The translations under genes and the position numbers were made by a program. Shown piece by piece: positions 12,275 through 23,515 of a DNA stretch of 64,000 bases; the first letter of the stretch is position 1; every line of letters starts with the position of its first letter. The notes under the pieces were generated by a model. That model ran no database searches, was not told where the DNA came from, and saw only the letters and a program-made list of their open reading frames with translations. This DNA comes from Deltaproteobacteria bacterium (GTDB lineage: Bacteria; Myxococcota_A; UBA9160; SZUA-336): positions 2,936 to 66,935 of the forward strand of contig VGRW01000005.1 of the NCBI GenBank assembly GCA_016875225.1. Direction: 5' to 3'.

Positions 12275-13678
12275 TCACCTCGGGCTTGGAAGGCACACGG
12301 CGCGAAGCTCGCGCCCGCCCTCGCCGTCCCGCGTTGCCTCGCTGCGAAACAGACCTGGCACCCAGACGATCTCTCCATCCCGCTCGACGACCACCGCTCG
12401 CGCCCGCGCCTGTCTGGACCATCGGGCGCTGGCGAACGCCTCCTTGAGCGGACGCTCGCGACCCCTCGAGAGAATCCGATCGTCGGCGCTCGGACTCCGT
12501 GCGATCAGTGCGAGCTGCGGACGAGCGGGAAGGCGAAGCAGGCGACGCGGGGGATCCGGTGCGGTGCACGGGTGCCAGCTGAGACGGAGGCCTCGATCGG
12601 GGAATTCGAGCGAGCCCTCGAGCGGAACCTCGACGCGGAGCGGAGCGGGAGGACTCGGTCCGATCGACGGGCCGAGCCAGAGCCGCTGTCGATCTCGGAG
12701 CAGCTTGAAACCGCAGGGGAGCGAGAGCTCACGGCCGGTCTCGCCGCGCGCGACGAACGCGTCGATCCGCTCGACGTGCGCGCGGGAGAGCGCCGCGTCC
12801 AGCCCCTCGCGGGCGGCCAGCGCGTGCAGCGCGCGCCGTCTCTGGCCGACCTCGAGCGCGGCGAGCTTCGCAGCGTCGAGCCAGAGTCCGCCGTCGCCGC
12901 GGCTGGAGAGCTGCTCGAGGCGCTCGCCCAGCGCTCCGATCAGCGCCGCGTCCTGCTCCGCCGCCAGCTCCGCAAGCGACGCCAGCCGCTCGCTCGCGCC
13001 CGGGTGCATCGAGTCGAGCGCCGGCAGGATCTCCAGGCGCAGGCGATTCCTCGGGGTCGCCGGGTCCCCGTTGGTCGCATCCTCGCGGAACGAGAGCCCA
13101 CGCTCGGCGAGATAGCGGCGCAGCTCCGCACGTCGCGTCGCGAGCAGCGGGCGAAGCACGCGACCGCCATCCAGGCTCGGACGGATCGCTGCGAGCCCGC
13201 CGATCCCGGTTCCGCGCACCGCGCGGAGCAGCACGGTCTCGGCCTGATCGTCGAGGTGGTGCGCCGTCGTCAGGTGCGCGTGATGCCCGGCCACTCGGAT
13301 CCGCTCGAGCGCCTCGTAGCGGAGCGAGCGCGCGCGCGCCTCCGGGGACCGGCCATCGCGCGCCGACGCATCGACCCTCTCGAAGGCGAATGGCACCCCC
13401 AGCGATCGCGACAGCTCCGCCACGAACGCGAGGTCGGCGTCCGCCTCGCGCCCGCGCAGCCCGTGGTGGACGTGCGCCGCGGCAACGCGCTGGCCGATGC
13501 CGAGCAGCGCGTGCAGGAGCGCGACCGAGTCGGCCCCGCCCGAGACCGCCACGAGCACGCGGGCATCGCGCCGCACCCCGTGGGCGCGGAGAAATCGAGC
13601 CAGCTCCCGATGGATCGGATCCACGGCGACAGAGTACGGATCCGACCGTCGCCGCCAAGCTCCCGGGGCCCTAAACAA
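12275..13678 (-). CDS. tilS: tRNA(Ile)-lysidine synthetase
   Basis: PP-loop VLVAVSGGADSVALL. Conserved tilS-ftsH adjacency. 467 aa with C-terminal tRNA-binding extension. Confidence 0.9.
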   Translation of the reverse strand: MFRAPGAWRRRSDPYSVAVDPIHRELARFLRAHGVRRDARVLVAVSGGADSVALLHALLGIGQRVAAAHVHHGLRGREADADLAFVAELSRSLGVPFAFERVDASARDGRSPEARARSLRYEALERIRVAGHHAHLTTAHHLDDQAETVLLRAVRGTGIGGLAAIRPSLDGGRVLRPLLATRRAELRRYLAERGLSFREDATNGDPATPRNRLRLEILPALDSMHPGASERLASLAELAAEQDAALIGALGERLEQLSSRGDGGLWLDAAKLAALEVGQRRRALHALAAREGLDAALSRAHVERIDAFVARGETGRELSLPCGFKLLRDRQRLWLGPSIGPSPPAPLRVEVPLEGSLEFPDRGLRLSWHPCTAPDPPRRLLRLPARPQLALIARSPSADDRILSRGRERPLKEAFASARWSRQARARAVVVERDGEIVWVPGLFRSEATRDGEGGRELRAVCLPSPR

Positions 13679-13746
13679 GGTTCTGCCGCGGGCCGAAGAC
13701 TCCTCTGACGCGCCGTGCAGCGCGAGGCGGGGGGGAGCGGCTTCTC

Positions 13747-15840
13747 TTGACGGAGATCGCCTGGATCGAGCGCGTCCTGGGATCGCTGACCCGGCTTTCG
13801 GCCGGCTTCGACTGGACGGTCGGCGCGGCGCTCGCCGCCGCGGCGGCCCTGCTCGTCGTCCTGTTGGCCTGGCGGCTGCGCCGTGACAAGTCGAGCCGCG
13901 GAGGCGCTCCCGTCGACGCCGAGGTCGAGTACCGGAAGCTCGTCGAGCAAGGCGAGTTCGAGCGCGCGGCAGATCTGCTGGTCGAGCGACAGCAGGTCGC
14001 GCGGGCTCTGCCGCTCTACGAGCGCGCCGGCGCGAAGCCGAAGCTCGCTCGCGCGCTGCTTTTGGCGAAGCAGCCCGCGCGAGCCGCGCGCGTCTATTCC
14101 GAGCTCGGCCGGCACGCCGAGGCCGCGCATCACTTCCAGAGCGCGGGCCTCTGGCGCGAAGCCGGCGAGGCGCTGCTTCTCACGGGCGAGGAGCGCGAGG
14201 CCGCCGAGCTCTTCGAGCGCGCCGGCGATCTAGAACGGGCCGCGCAGCTGCACCGGCGGCTCGGCGATGCGGAGAGCGCCTCGCGGCTGTTTGCCCGCGC
14301 GGGCCTGGGCATCGCGGCCGCGGAGACGCTGCTCGAATCGCGCGGCCGCACACCGCGCTGGCTGCGCCGCGCCGCCGAGCTCTACGAGTCCGCCTCCGAA
14401 TGGGATCAGGCGGCGGGCTGCTACGCGGAGGCCGGCGATCCGCGCCAGGCGGCGGAGCTGTACGAGAAGGTCGGCCAGCAGGAGCAGGCGGCCCGCGCCT
14501 ACGAGCGCGCGGGCGTCCACGAGCGCGCCGCGAGCTGCTTCGAGCGGGCGGGCAAGCGATCGGAGGCGCGCGCCTGCTGGGAGCGCGCGGGCGACCGCCT
14601 GCGCGCGGCGGAGATGGCGCTCGAGGACGGCGATCACCTCGCCGCGGGCCGCGCATTCTACGAGCTGGGCTCCTACGAGCGCGCCGTCGACACACTTTCG
14701 CGTATCCCGTCGGGCGCGGCCGGAGCGCGCGACGCCTCGCGGCTGCTCGCCAGGATCTTCCTCGAGAAGGGCCTGATCGACCGCGCCAGGGAGAAGCTCG
14801 ATGCGTCGGCCGGGGGAAGCGGCTACACGAAGGACGATCTGGAGCTTCTGCTCCTGCTCGCGACCGCGTTGGAGCGGATCGGCGACGTGGCGGGTGCAGT
14901 CGGCACGCTCGAGCGCATCGCGCAGGTCGATTCGCGCTACGCCGACATCGAGGCTCGAATCGAACGGCTCGCCGAGCGCGCGCCCGGCAACGCCACGGCT
15001 CCGTCGCTCGCGACGTCGGCCGACGACCGCTACGAGCTTCGCGACGAGATCGGGCGCGGCGGGATGGGCATCGTCTATCTCGCGAGCGACCGGGAGCTCG
15101 GGCGCGCCGTCGCGATCAAATTCCTCCCCGGCGAGCTCGCCGCGAATCCGCAGGCCGTGCAGATGTTCCGCGCCGAGGCGCGCGCGGCGGCGGCGATGAA
15201 CCACCCCAACATCGTGCACATCTACGACGTCGCGGTGGTGAACGGCCAGCCGTGCATCGTGATGGAGTACGTGCAGGGTCGAACCGTGCGGGAGGTGATG
15301 CGGATCCGCGGCTCGAGCAGCCGCCAGCCGCTTCCGCCCCACCGCGTCGCGGAGATCGGGCGCGAGATCTGCCGCGCGCTCGGCTACGCGCACCGCTCCA
15401 ACGTGATCCACCGCGACGTGAAGCCGTCGAACATCCTGCTCACCGCCGACGGCAGCGCGAAGCTGATGGACTTCGGCATCAGCAAGGCGCTGGAGACCGG
15501 AAGCGAGGCGCTCACCGAGGCCCGCGGCACGCCGCAGTACATGCCGCCGGAGCAGATCCTCGGCCACGAGATCGACGGGCGCGCCGACCTCTACGCGCTC
15601 GGGATCTCGATGTTCGAGATGGCGACCGCCGAGCGCCCCTTCAGCGGCGAAGGCGTGGTCGACCAGCAGCTGCACGCGCCGCTTCCCGATCCGCGCCGGC
15701 TGCGCCCGGAGATCCCCGAGGGGCTGGTCGCGATCCTGAAGCGCGCCTGCCAGAAGGATCCGGACGGCCGCTTCGCGTCCGCGCACGAGATGGCCCAGGC
15801 GCTCGACGCGCTGCTGGAGAGCTCAGGGAAGCAGCGCTGA
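13747..15840 (+). CDS. membrane-anchored Hanks-type Ser/Thr protein kinase with N-terminal array of short alpha-helical (TPR-like) repeats
   Basis: TM helix AALAAAAALLVVLLAW with positive-inside RLRRDK. At least 8 tandem ~19-aa repeats of the form xAxELYERAGxxxxAA. C-terminal kinase domain with VAIKFL, HRDVKPSNILL, DFGIS, GTPQYMPPE. Confidence 0.85.
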   Translation: MTEIAWIERVLGSLTRLSAGFDWTVGAALAAAAALLVVLLAWRLRRDKSSRGGAPVDAEVEYRKLVEQGEFERAADLLVERQQVARALPLYERAGAKPKLARALLLAKQPARAARVYSELGRHAEAAHHFQSAGLWREAGEALLLTGEEREAAELFERAGDLERAAQLHRRLGDAESASRLFARAGLGIAAAETLLESRGRTPRWLRRAAELYESASEWDQAAGCYAEAGDPRQAAELYEKVGQQEQAARAYERAGVHERAASCFERAGKRSEARACWERAGDRLRAAEMALEDGDHLAAGRAFYELGSYERAVDTLSRIPSGAAGARDASRLLARIFLEKGLIDRAREKLDASAGGSGYTKDDLELLLLLATALERIGDVAGAVGTLERIAQVDSRYADIEARIERLAERAPGNATAPSLATSADDRYELRDEIGRGGMGIVYLASDRELGRAVAIKFLPGELAANPQAVQMFRAEARAAAAMNHPNIVHIYDVAVVNGQPCIVMEYVQGRTVREVMRIRGSSSRQPLPPHRVAEIGREICRALGYAHRSNVIHRDVKPSNILLTADGSAKLMDFGISKALETGSEALTEARGTPQYMPPEQILGHEIDGRADLYALGISMFEMATAERPFSGEGVVDQQLHAPLPDPRRLRPEIPEGLVAILKRACQKDPDGRFASAHEMAQALDALLESSGKQR

Positions 15841-16689
15841 GGCGGCTCCGACGCTGACGATCGTTCGCTTGGCGTCGTCCTTCTCGACCCAGATCTCGTA
15901 CTCGCGCCGCGTGAACGCGCCTTCTGCGTTCTCCGAGCGAAGTTTCGCGCGGGCGCGCACGCGCTCGCCGCCCCAGAGCACGTTCACGAGCTTCAGATCC
16001 ATGCGTCCACCCGCGAGCCAGCCCATGCCGTGCGCGTTGCCCATGACCTGCGAAGCGAGGCAGGTCGAGAGCATCCCCTGCACGACGACGTCGGGAAAGC
16101 CGAGCTTCTTCGCCTCGTCGGGGTCGGTGTGGTAGTTCCGCGCGGGCCCCGAGAAGCGCCAGCAGGTGGCGAGGTCGACCCGTAGCTCGACCGGCTCGAG
16201 CTCGGGGCCGTCGCCCTCCCCGACCGCGCGCCGCTCTTTCTTCTCCGCCGAGGCGCGGTCCACGACGTACGCGCCGTCCGCCTGCGGCAGCTCGGCGAGG
16301 AACGACTGGTGCGTTCGCGAACGCACCAGGAGCCTCCCGCTCTCGTCGCAGTAGTCGACCTCGTTCACGACGAAGTCGCGGTCGCGCTTGCGATAGCGCT
16401 CGATCACGGTCGAGCGGGTGCGCACCGTCGAGCCGGCGCGGATCGGCGCGAAGAGCAGCCACTCCTGGCGCGCGTGCAGGTTTCCGACCAGGTTGCGCAG
16501 GTACCAGCGCTCCAGGTGCGCGTAGACCTCGCTGTGGTAGAGCAGCGGCGGCGCGACGCCCTCGCGCGCGTACACCGAATTGCTGTCGGCGAAGGTGTCG
16601 CAGTAGAACGCGATCACCTGCGGCGAGATCGCGCGCTCCGCCTGGTGGACGAGATCTCCGACTCGAACCGGCTGGCCTTTGAGGTTCAC
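15823..16689 (-). CDS. MaoC-like (R)-specific enoyl-CoA hydratase/dehydratase, double hot-dog
   Basis: 288 aa. C-terminal hydratase-2 motif region RNYHTDPDEAKKLGFPDVVVQGM. Convergent with the kinase gene, overlapping it by 18 nt. Confidence 0.7.
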   Translation of the reverse strand: MNLKGQPVRVGDLVHQAERAISPQVIAFYCDTFADSNSVYAREGVAPPLLYHSEVYAHLERWYLRNLVGNLHARQEWLLFAPIRAGSTVRTRSTVIERYRKRDRDFVVNEVDYCDESGRLLVRSRTHQSFLAELPQADGAYVVDRASAEKKERRAVGEGDGPELEPVELRVDLATCWRFSGPARNYHTDPDEAKKLGFPDVVVQGMLSTCLASQVMGNAHGMGWLAGGRMDLKLVNVLWGGERVRARAKLRSENAEGAFTRREYEIWVEKDDAKRTIVSVGAASALLP

Positions 16690-16720
16690 GCCGCGATTCT
16701 GTCACACTCGGGCCACCGCC

Positions 16721-18202
16721 ATGCGCCGCGATCCAGGGCCAGAAGCAAACGTCGGGACCTGGCTCGCCGCCCACGCCGACGCCCGAGGCGACCACCCCGC
16801 GCTCGTCGTCGAGGCGAGCGGGGAGCGCATCTCGTACGCGGAGCTCGAGGCGCGCGTGAACCGCGCGGCCGCGGCCCTCTCGGCGCTCGGCGTCGTCGCG
16901 GGCGATCGGGTCGCACTCGCGCTCCCGAGCGAGCCTCTGTACCTGGAGCTGTATTTCGCAAGCGCGCTGCTCGGCGCGATCCTGATTCCGCTGAACACCC
17001 GGCTCACCGCGGCCGAGCTCGGCTTCCAGATCGAAGATTCCGAGCCGCGCTTGGTGGTGAGAGAGGGGGCGATCGAGATTCCCTACCGGTCCGGCACGCA
17101 CCAGCTCGCTCCCGACGAGCTCCGCGCGCGCATGCCCGGTCGCGCCGAGCGTCCCGCCGCCGCGCCCGGCGGCGAGAGCCCGCAGGCGATCCTCTACACC
17201 AGCGGCACGACCGGGCGACCCAAAGGCGCCGTGCTTCCGCACCGCAAGACCTACTGGAACTCGCGCAACGCCGAGCGCTACTTCGAGCTCGTGGGCGACG
17301 ACGTCGTCGTGGTGCCGATCCCGCTGTTCCACTCCTTCGGCCTGAAGATCCTCTCGGTTCCCGCGCTCTTCGCCGGCGCGACGGCCGTGCTCGTCGACCG
17401 CTTCGATCCGATCGGGCTTGCGGACTGCATCGCGCGGGAGCGAGCGACCCTGCTCGGCGCGGTGCCCGTGATGTACGAGCGCATGCTCGCCGCGGGGCTC
17501 GAGCCGGCCAAGCTCGAAACGCTGCGCTTCGCGTTCAGCGCGGGAGCCGCGCTCGGCGTCGAGACGATCGAGCGCTACGCGCGGCTGGGAATCCGCCTGA
17601 AGCAGGGCTACGGCCAGACCGAGACATCGATCCTGTGCTGTCTGGACGCGGCAGACGCGCTTCGCAAGGCCGGCTCGGTCGGAAGACCGGTCGCCTTCGG
17701 CGAGGTGCGCATCGCCGACGAGAACGGGCGGGACGTTCCGCGCGGCACCCGCGGCGAGATCGTCGTGCGCGGCCCGATCGTGATGACCGGCTACTGGCGC
17801 CGTCCGGAGGAGACCGAGCAGAGCCGGATCGACGGCTGGCACCGCACCGGCGATCTCGGCGTGATGGATGACGAGGGGATCATCACGCTCGTCGGCCGTC
17901 TGAAGGAGCTCTACATCAGCGGCGGAGAGAACGTGTACCCGGCCGAGGTGGAGCGGGTGCTCGGCCAGCACCCGCAGGTCGCCGAGGTCGCGGTCGTGGG
18001 CGTGCCCGACGAGACCTGGGGCGAGGCCGGTCGCGCCTACGTGGTCGCGGCGAGCGCCGAGCTCGATGCGAGCGCCCTGCTCGCCTGGGCGGGACGGCGC
18101 CTGGCGCGCTACAAGCTCCCGCGAGAGGTGGTCGTGGTCGCCGAGCTCCCGCGCACGGCCTCGGGGAAGGTGCAGAAGCATGCGCTCCTGGCTCGCTCTT
18201 AG
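16721..18202 (+). CDS. acyl-CoA synthetase / AMP-dependent ligase
   Basis: AMP-binding motifs ILYTSGTTGRPKGAVLPH, GYGQTETS, GDLGVMDDEGIITLVGRLKELYISGGENVYPAEVE, LPRTASGKVQKHAL. The start is either M at 16721 or 16679. Confidence 0.85.
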   Translation: MRRDPGPEANVGTWLAAHADARGDHPALVVEASGERISYAELEARVNRAAAALSALGVVAGDRVALALPSEPLYLELYFASALLGAILIPLNTRLTAAELGFQIEDSEPRLVVREGAIEIPYRSGTHQLAPDELRARMPGRAERPAAAPGGESPQAILYTSGTTGRPKGAVLPHRKTYWNSRNAERYFELVGDDVVVVPIPLFHSFGLKILSVPALFAGATAVLVDRFDPIGLADCIARERATLLGAVPVMYERMLAAGLEPAKLETLRFAFSAGAALGVETIERYARLGIRLKQGYGQTETSILCCLDAADALRKAGSVGRPVAFGEVRIADENGRDVPRGTRGEIVVRGPIVMTGYWRRPEETEQSRIDGWHRTGDLGVMDDEGIITLVGRLKELYISGGENVYPAEVERVLGQHPQVAEVAVVGVPDETWGEAGRAYVVAASAELDASALLAWAGRRLARYKLPREVVVVAELPRTASGKVQKHALLARS

Positions 18203-18938
18203 CGCAACCGGGCTGCTGCTCTCGGGCTGCGTGCTGGTCGAGTGGATCGGCGGCCCGGCTCCGGCGTCGAAGCCGGCCCTCGACGCAGATCTGGTGCAGC
18301 GCGGCGCAGCCCTGTTCGCGGATCGGAGGCTCTCCGGCGACGGCACGCGAAGCTGCGCCAGCTGCCATCCGGGCGGCGGCGAGGATCGCAAGGTCTACTT
18401 GGACGGAGAGAGCGTCGAGCCGGGCACGCCCGGAGGCCTGCGCACGCCGAGCCTGCGCGGGCTCTGGCAGACGGCGCCCTACCTCTGGGATGGCTCGGCG
18501 ACGACGCTTCGGGCTGCGACGGACCGAATGCTCGCGCTAGAGATGCGCGGCGGGTCGCTGTCGGGCCGGGACGCGGACGCCCTCGAGTCCTATCTGCTCT
18601 CGCTTGCGCCCTTCGATCGCGGTCGCATCCAGCCCGATGGAGCGCCCGTCGAGCCGGTGAACCTGACCGCGCGAAAGGGGTTCGCGGTCTTCGCCGAGGC
18701 GGGCTGCGCGGACTGCCACCCAGCGCCCGCGTTCGCGCGCGCGCGGACGAGCGACGTGGGTACGGGTGGTCGGTTCTCGGTCCCGACGCTGCGCGGCGTG
18801 GCGACGCGCGGCCCCTGGGGTCACGACGGGCGGTTTGCGGATCTGGAGTCGGCCGTTCGCGCCGTCGCGGCCGGAAGCGGCGTCGAGCTCGGAAGCGACC
18901 AGATGTCCCAGCTGCTGGCCTACCTCGCGCTCCTGTAG
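18180..18938 (+). CDS. di-heme cytochrome c peroxidase-family lipoprotein (CCP/MauG-like, short form)
   Basis: Lipobox signal MRSWLALSATGLLLSGC. Two CxxCH motifs (CASCH, CADCH). 252 aa. The start overlaps the acyl-CoA synthetase 3' end by 23 nt. Confidence 0.75.
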   Translation: MRSWLALSATGLLLSGCVLVEWIGGPAPASKPALDADLVQRGAALFADRRLSGDGTRSCASCHPGGGEDRKVYLDGESVEPGTPGGLRTPSLRGLWQTAPYLWDGSATTLRAATDRMLALEMRGGSLSGRDADALESYLLSLAPFDRGRIQPDGAPVEPVNLTARKGFAVFAEAGCADCHPAPAFARARTSDVGTGGRFSVPTLRGVATRGPWGHDGRFADLESAVRAVAAGSGVELGSDQMSQLLAYLALL

Positions 18939-18981
18939 CAGCCGCGCGCGGGTCCGGTTAGTGTTCTGCGCCCGCGAGTCT

Positions 18982-21442
<2,461 letters not shown>

Positions 21443-21532
21443 TCGCGGCTCAGTCGGAATCGGGTCCGAGCGCCCCGAGCGCGCGCAGATCGGACTCGAA
21501 GCGCTCGGTGAGAGCGCCGAGCGCGGCGTGAG

Positions 21533-21940
21533 CTACTCCCAGGCCCGTGCGCGCCGCCGCGCACCAGGGCAGCAGGTAGCGGGGAGCACGTCGTCCTCGC
21601 GGTCGATCGCGGCCGCGAGAGCCTCGCAGCTCGGCGCGAGGTGGTCCGGCGGGAGCGCCTGCTCCTGCCAGCGCAGACCGAGAAAGTGGAGCACGCGCAT
21701 CCACTCCTCGCGCGCGTGCCCGCCCTCGAGGCCGAGCGCGGCGTGCAGCAGGAGCGGAACGCTGGGCCGCGGCGAGCCGACGTGGAACGCGGCCCAGTAC
21801 GCGGGCTCGAGGTCGGCGAAGCGTCCGGGCAGACCGAGCGCGTCCCACGCTTCGTCGCGAAGCTCGCGCGAGGCGAGCGGACTCCAGATCCGCGCCCAGC
21901 CGACGAACGGCAGCGCCCGCGCGCGCGATGCCGCGCTCAC
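21533..21940 (-). CDS. TorD/NarJ-family redox-enzyme maturation chaperone (delta subunit) of the molybdoenzyme operon; apparently truncated or frameshifted near 21580
   Basis: GTG at 21940 overlaps the gamma stop (GTGA). Contains the family signature EPAYWAAFHVGSPRPSVP...ALPPDHLAPSCEALAAA (E-x-[FY]-x-x-F-x-G...E-P-P-D-H). The frame terminates 30 aa after the PDH motif, but the +1 frame continues with RYLLPWCAAARTGLGVAHAALGALTERFESDL to 21450. Confidence 0.45.
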   Translation of the reverse strand: MSAASRARALPFVGWARIWSPLASRELRDEAWDALGLPGRFADLEPAYWAAFHVGSPRPSVPLLLHAALGLEGGHAREEWMRVLHFLGLRWQEQALPPDHLAPSCEALAAAIDREDDVLPATCCPGARRRARAWE

Positions 21941-22485
21941 GCCGCGATCTCGAGCCACCCGGAAGAGACCGACTTCAGACCGCCGCGATCGTTCTGCGCT
22001 CCCTGCCACACCGCGATCGCGAGCTTGCGCTGCGCTTCGAGCAGCGCCCAGCCCTCGAGCTCGAACAAGAGCCGCCAGCGTCCGCTCTTCCACTCCGCGC
22101 TCGCGCGCCAGCCCGCCGGCGCCGCCGCGCGCGTGACGGTTCCGAGGCCTTGGGCGCTCACACCGAAGAGCGGCTCGCGATCGGCGCGCCAGAGCGCCCC
22201 CTCGACGGATTTCCCTGGCGCGCCCATCGTGAGCCACGGCGCATCGGCGACCGACGGCGCGAGAACCGCCGCCGCGTCGGTGAATCGATCGACGTCGTCG
22301 GCGAGCGCGCGCGGCTCTTGCGCGCAGGCCCAGACCAGCTCGACCCGCCACAGACTCCCGGACTTCGAGGTCTCGAGCTCGACGACCGGGGTTCGCGGCG
22401 CGTCTCGCCCCACGTAGGCGACCGGGACGTACCCGCCGGGAGACATCCCCGTCGGCGCAGCGATCAGCGAGACCTTGCGGCGCAT
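21937..22485 (-). CDS. candidate gamma subunit (EB_dh / ethylbenzene-dehydrogenase-gamma-like haem-b protein) of the type II molybdoenzyme
   Basis: 182-aa non-junk, Trp-rich ORF in operon position after beta. ATG shares its A with the beta TGA stop. Possible haem ligand residues (WLTMGAPGK, K near the C-terminus). No convincing own signal peptide. Assigned by position and composition only. Confidence 0.5.
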   Translation of the reverse strand: MRRKVSLIAAPTGMSPGGYVPVAYVGRDAPRTPVVELETSKSGSLWRVELVWACAQEPRALADDVDRFTDAAAVLAPSVADAPWLTMGAPGKSVEGALWRADREPLFGVSAQGLGTVTRAAAPAGWRASAEWKSGRWRLLFELEGWALLEAQRKLAIAVWQGAQNDRGGLKSVSSGWLEIAA

Positions 22486-23513
22486 CAGAGCACCTCCCGC
22501 TTGCGCGGGCCGAGCGCGAAGTTCTGGTTCCAGTCGTAGGCGATCAGAAGATCCATGAGCTCGCTCGGCTCTCCGCTGCGGCGTTTGGCCCGCTCGGCTT
22601 CGAGCGTCGCGAGCACCTCCGGCACGCGCTCGCCGAACAGGCTCACCAGGTAGCGGGTCGGAATTCGCGGCTCGTCGGTGGGACGCCCCTGCGCATCGAG
22701 CTTGGGCGGGCTCATCGGCATGACGTAGAAGACGTTCGGGCCGAGCTCGAACTCGGGGTGCAGCGGAAGCGCAACGCGGTGCTTGTGGACGAGCTTCCAG
22801 ATCGGCCCGGCTTCGTCGTCGAGATAGCCGACGAAGCGCAGTCGCCCCGGGCACTGCCGCGCGCACGCCGGCGCGACGCCCTCCTCGATTCGCGGCAGAC
22901 AGAAGATGCACTTGGTCGAGACCTGCCGCAGCGGATCGAAGTAGACCTTCTTGTACGGGCACGCTTCGACGCAGAAGCGGTAGCCGTGGCAGCGATCCTG
23001 ATCGACCAGCACGATTCCGTCCTCGTCGCGCTTCTCGATCGCATGACGCGGACAGGCGTCGAGGCAGGCCGGGTGCGTGCAGTGGTTGCACAGGCGCGGC
23101 AGGTAGAAGTAGTGGTTGTCCTGCGGGTACTCGCCGGCGCCGCGATCCTCGTCCCAGTTCGCGCCCCAGTGGGGCTTCTCGTTCGGGCGCAGCCACGGCT
23201 TGCCCTCGCCCTCGCCTGCGCGCTTTCGCACCTCGTCGTGATTGAAGGTCCAGGCGCGCCCGTAGTCGTCGTCGAGCGTCGGGATCCGGCCCGCCTTCAC
23301 TCCGCCGTCGGGCGTGCGGCCGCCGCTCTCGCCCCAACCGCGCGGATAGCCGGCGCCGGGGAGCGTCTCGACGTTGTTCCAGTACGCATAGCCCGTGCCG
23401 GTGTCCTTGTTCCAGAGCTTCTTGCAGGCGATCGTGCACGTCTGGCAGCCGATGCACTTGTTCAGGTCGAGCACCATCGCGATCTGTCGCTTCACCGGAT
23501 TCGCGTTCGCCAT
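22485..23513 (-). CDS. molybdoenzyme beta (electron-transfer) subunit, 4x[Fe-S] NarH/EbdB-type
   Basis: MANANPVKRQIAMVLDLNKCIGCQTCTIACK (NarH-like N-terminus). Four cysteine clusters: CIGCQTCTIAC, CNHCTHPACLDACP, CHGYRFCVEACP, CIFCLPRIEEGVAPACARQCP. 342 aa, the size of the EbdB/SerB/ClrB/DdhB/PcrB class rather than the 510-aa NarH. Confidence 0.9.
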   Translation of the reverse strand: MANANPVKRQIAMVLDLNKCIGCQTCTIACKKLWNKDTGTGYAYWNNVETLPGAGYPRGWGESGGRTPDGGVKAGRIPTLDDDYGRAWTFNHDEVRKRAGEGEGKPWLRPNEKPHWGANWDEDRGAGEYPQDNHYFYLPRLCNHCTHPACLDACPRHAIEKRDEDGIVLVDQDRCHGYRFCVEACPYKKVYFDPLRQVSTKCIFCLPRIEEGVAPACARQCPGRLRFVGYLDDEAGPIWKLVHKHRVALPLHPEFELGPNVFYVMPMSPPKLDAQGRPTDEPRIPTRYLVSLFGERVPEVLATLEAERAKRRSGEPSELMDLLIAYDWNQNFALGPRKREVL

Positions 23514-23515
23514 GG

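Noticed and set aside
15641-18391. 916-aa minus-strand ORF and 520-aa plus-strand alternate-frame ORF across the MaoC and acyl-CoA synthetase region
   Set aside because: Out-of-frame and antisense overlaps of genes with clear AMP-binding and MaoC motifs. Arg-rich composition.
21450-21848. 132-aa Arg-rich minus-strand ORF as an independent gene
   Set aside because: As a whole it is low-complexity, but its last ~45 codons resemble the TorD-family C-terminus. I therefore treat it as the displaced 3' part of the frameshifted chaperone gene rather than a separate gene (see finding).
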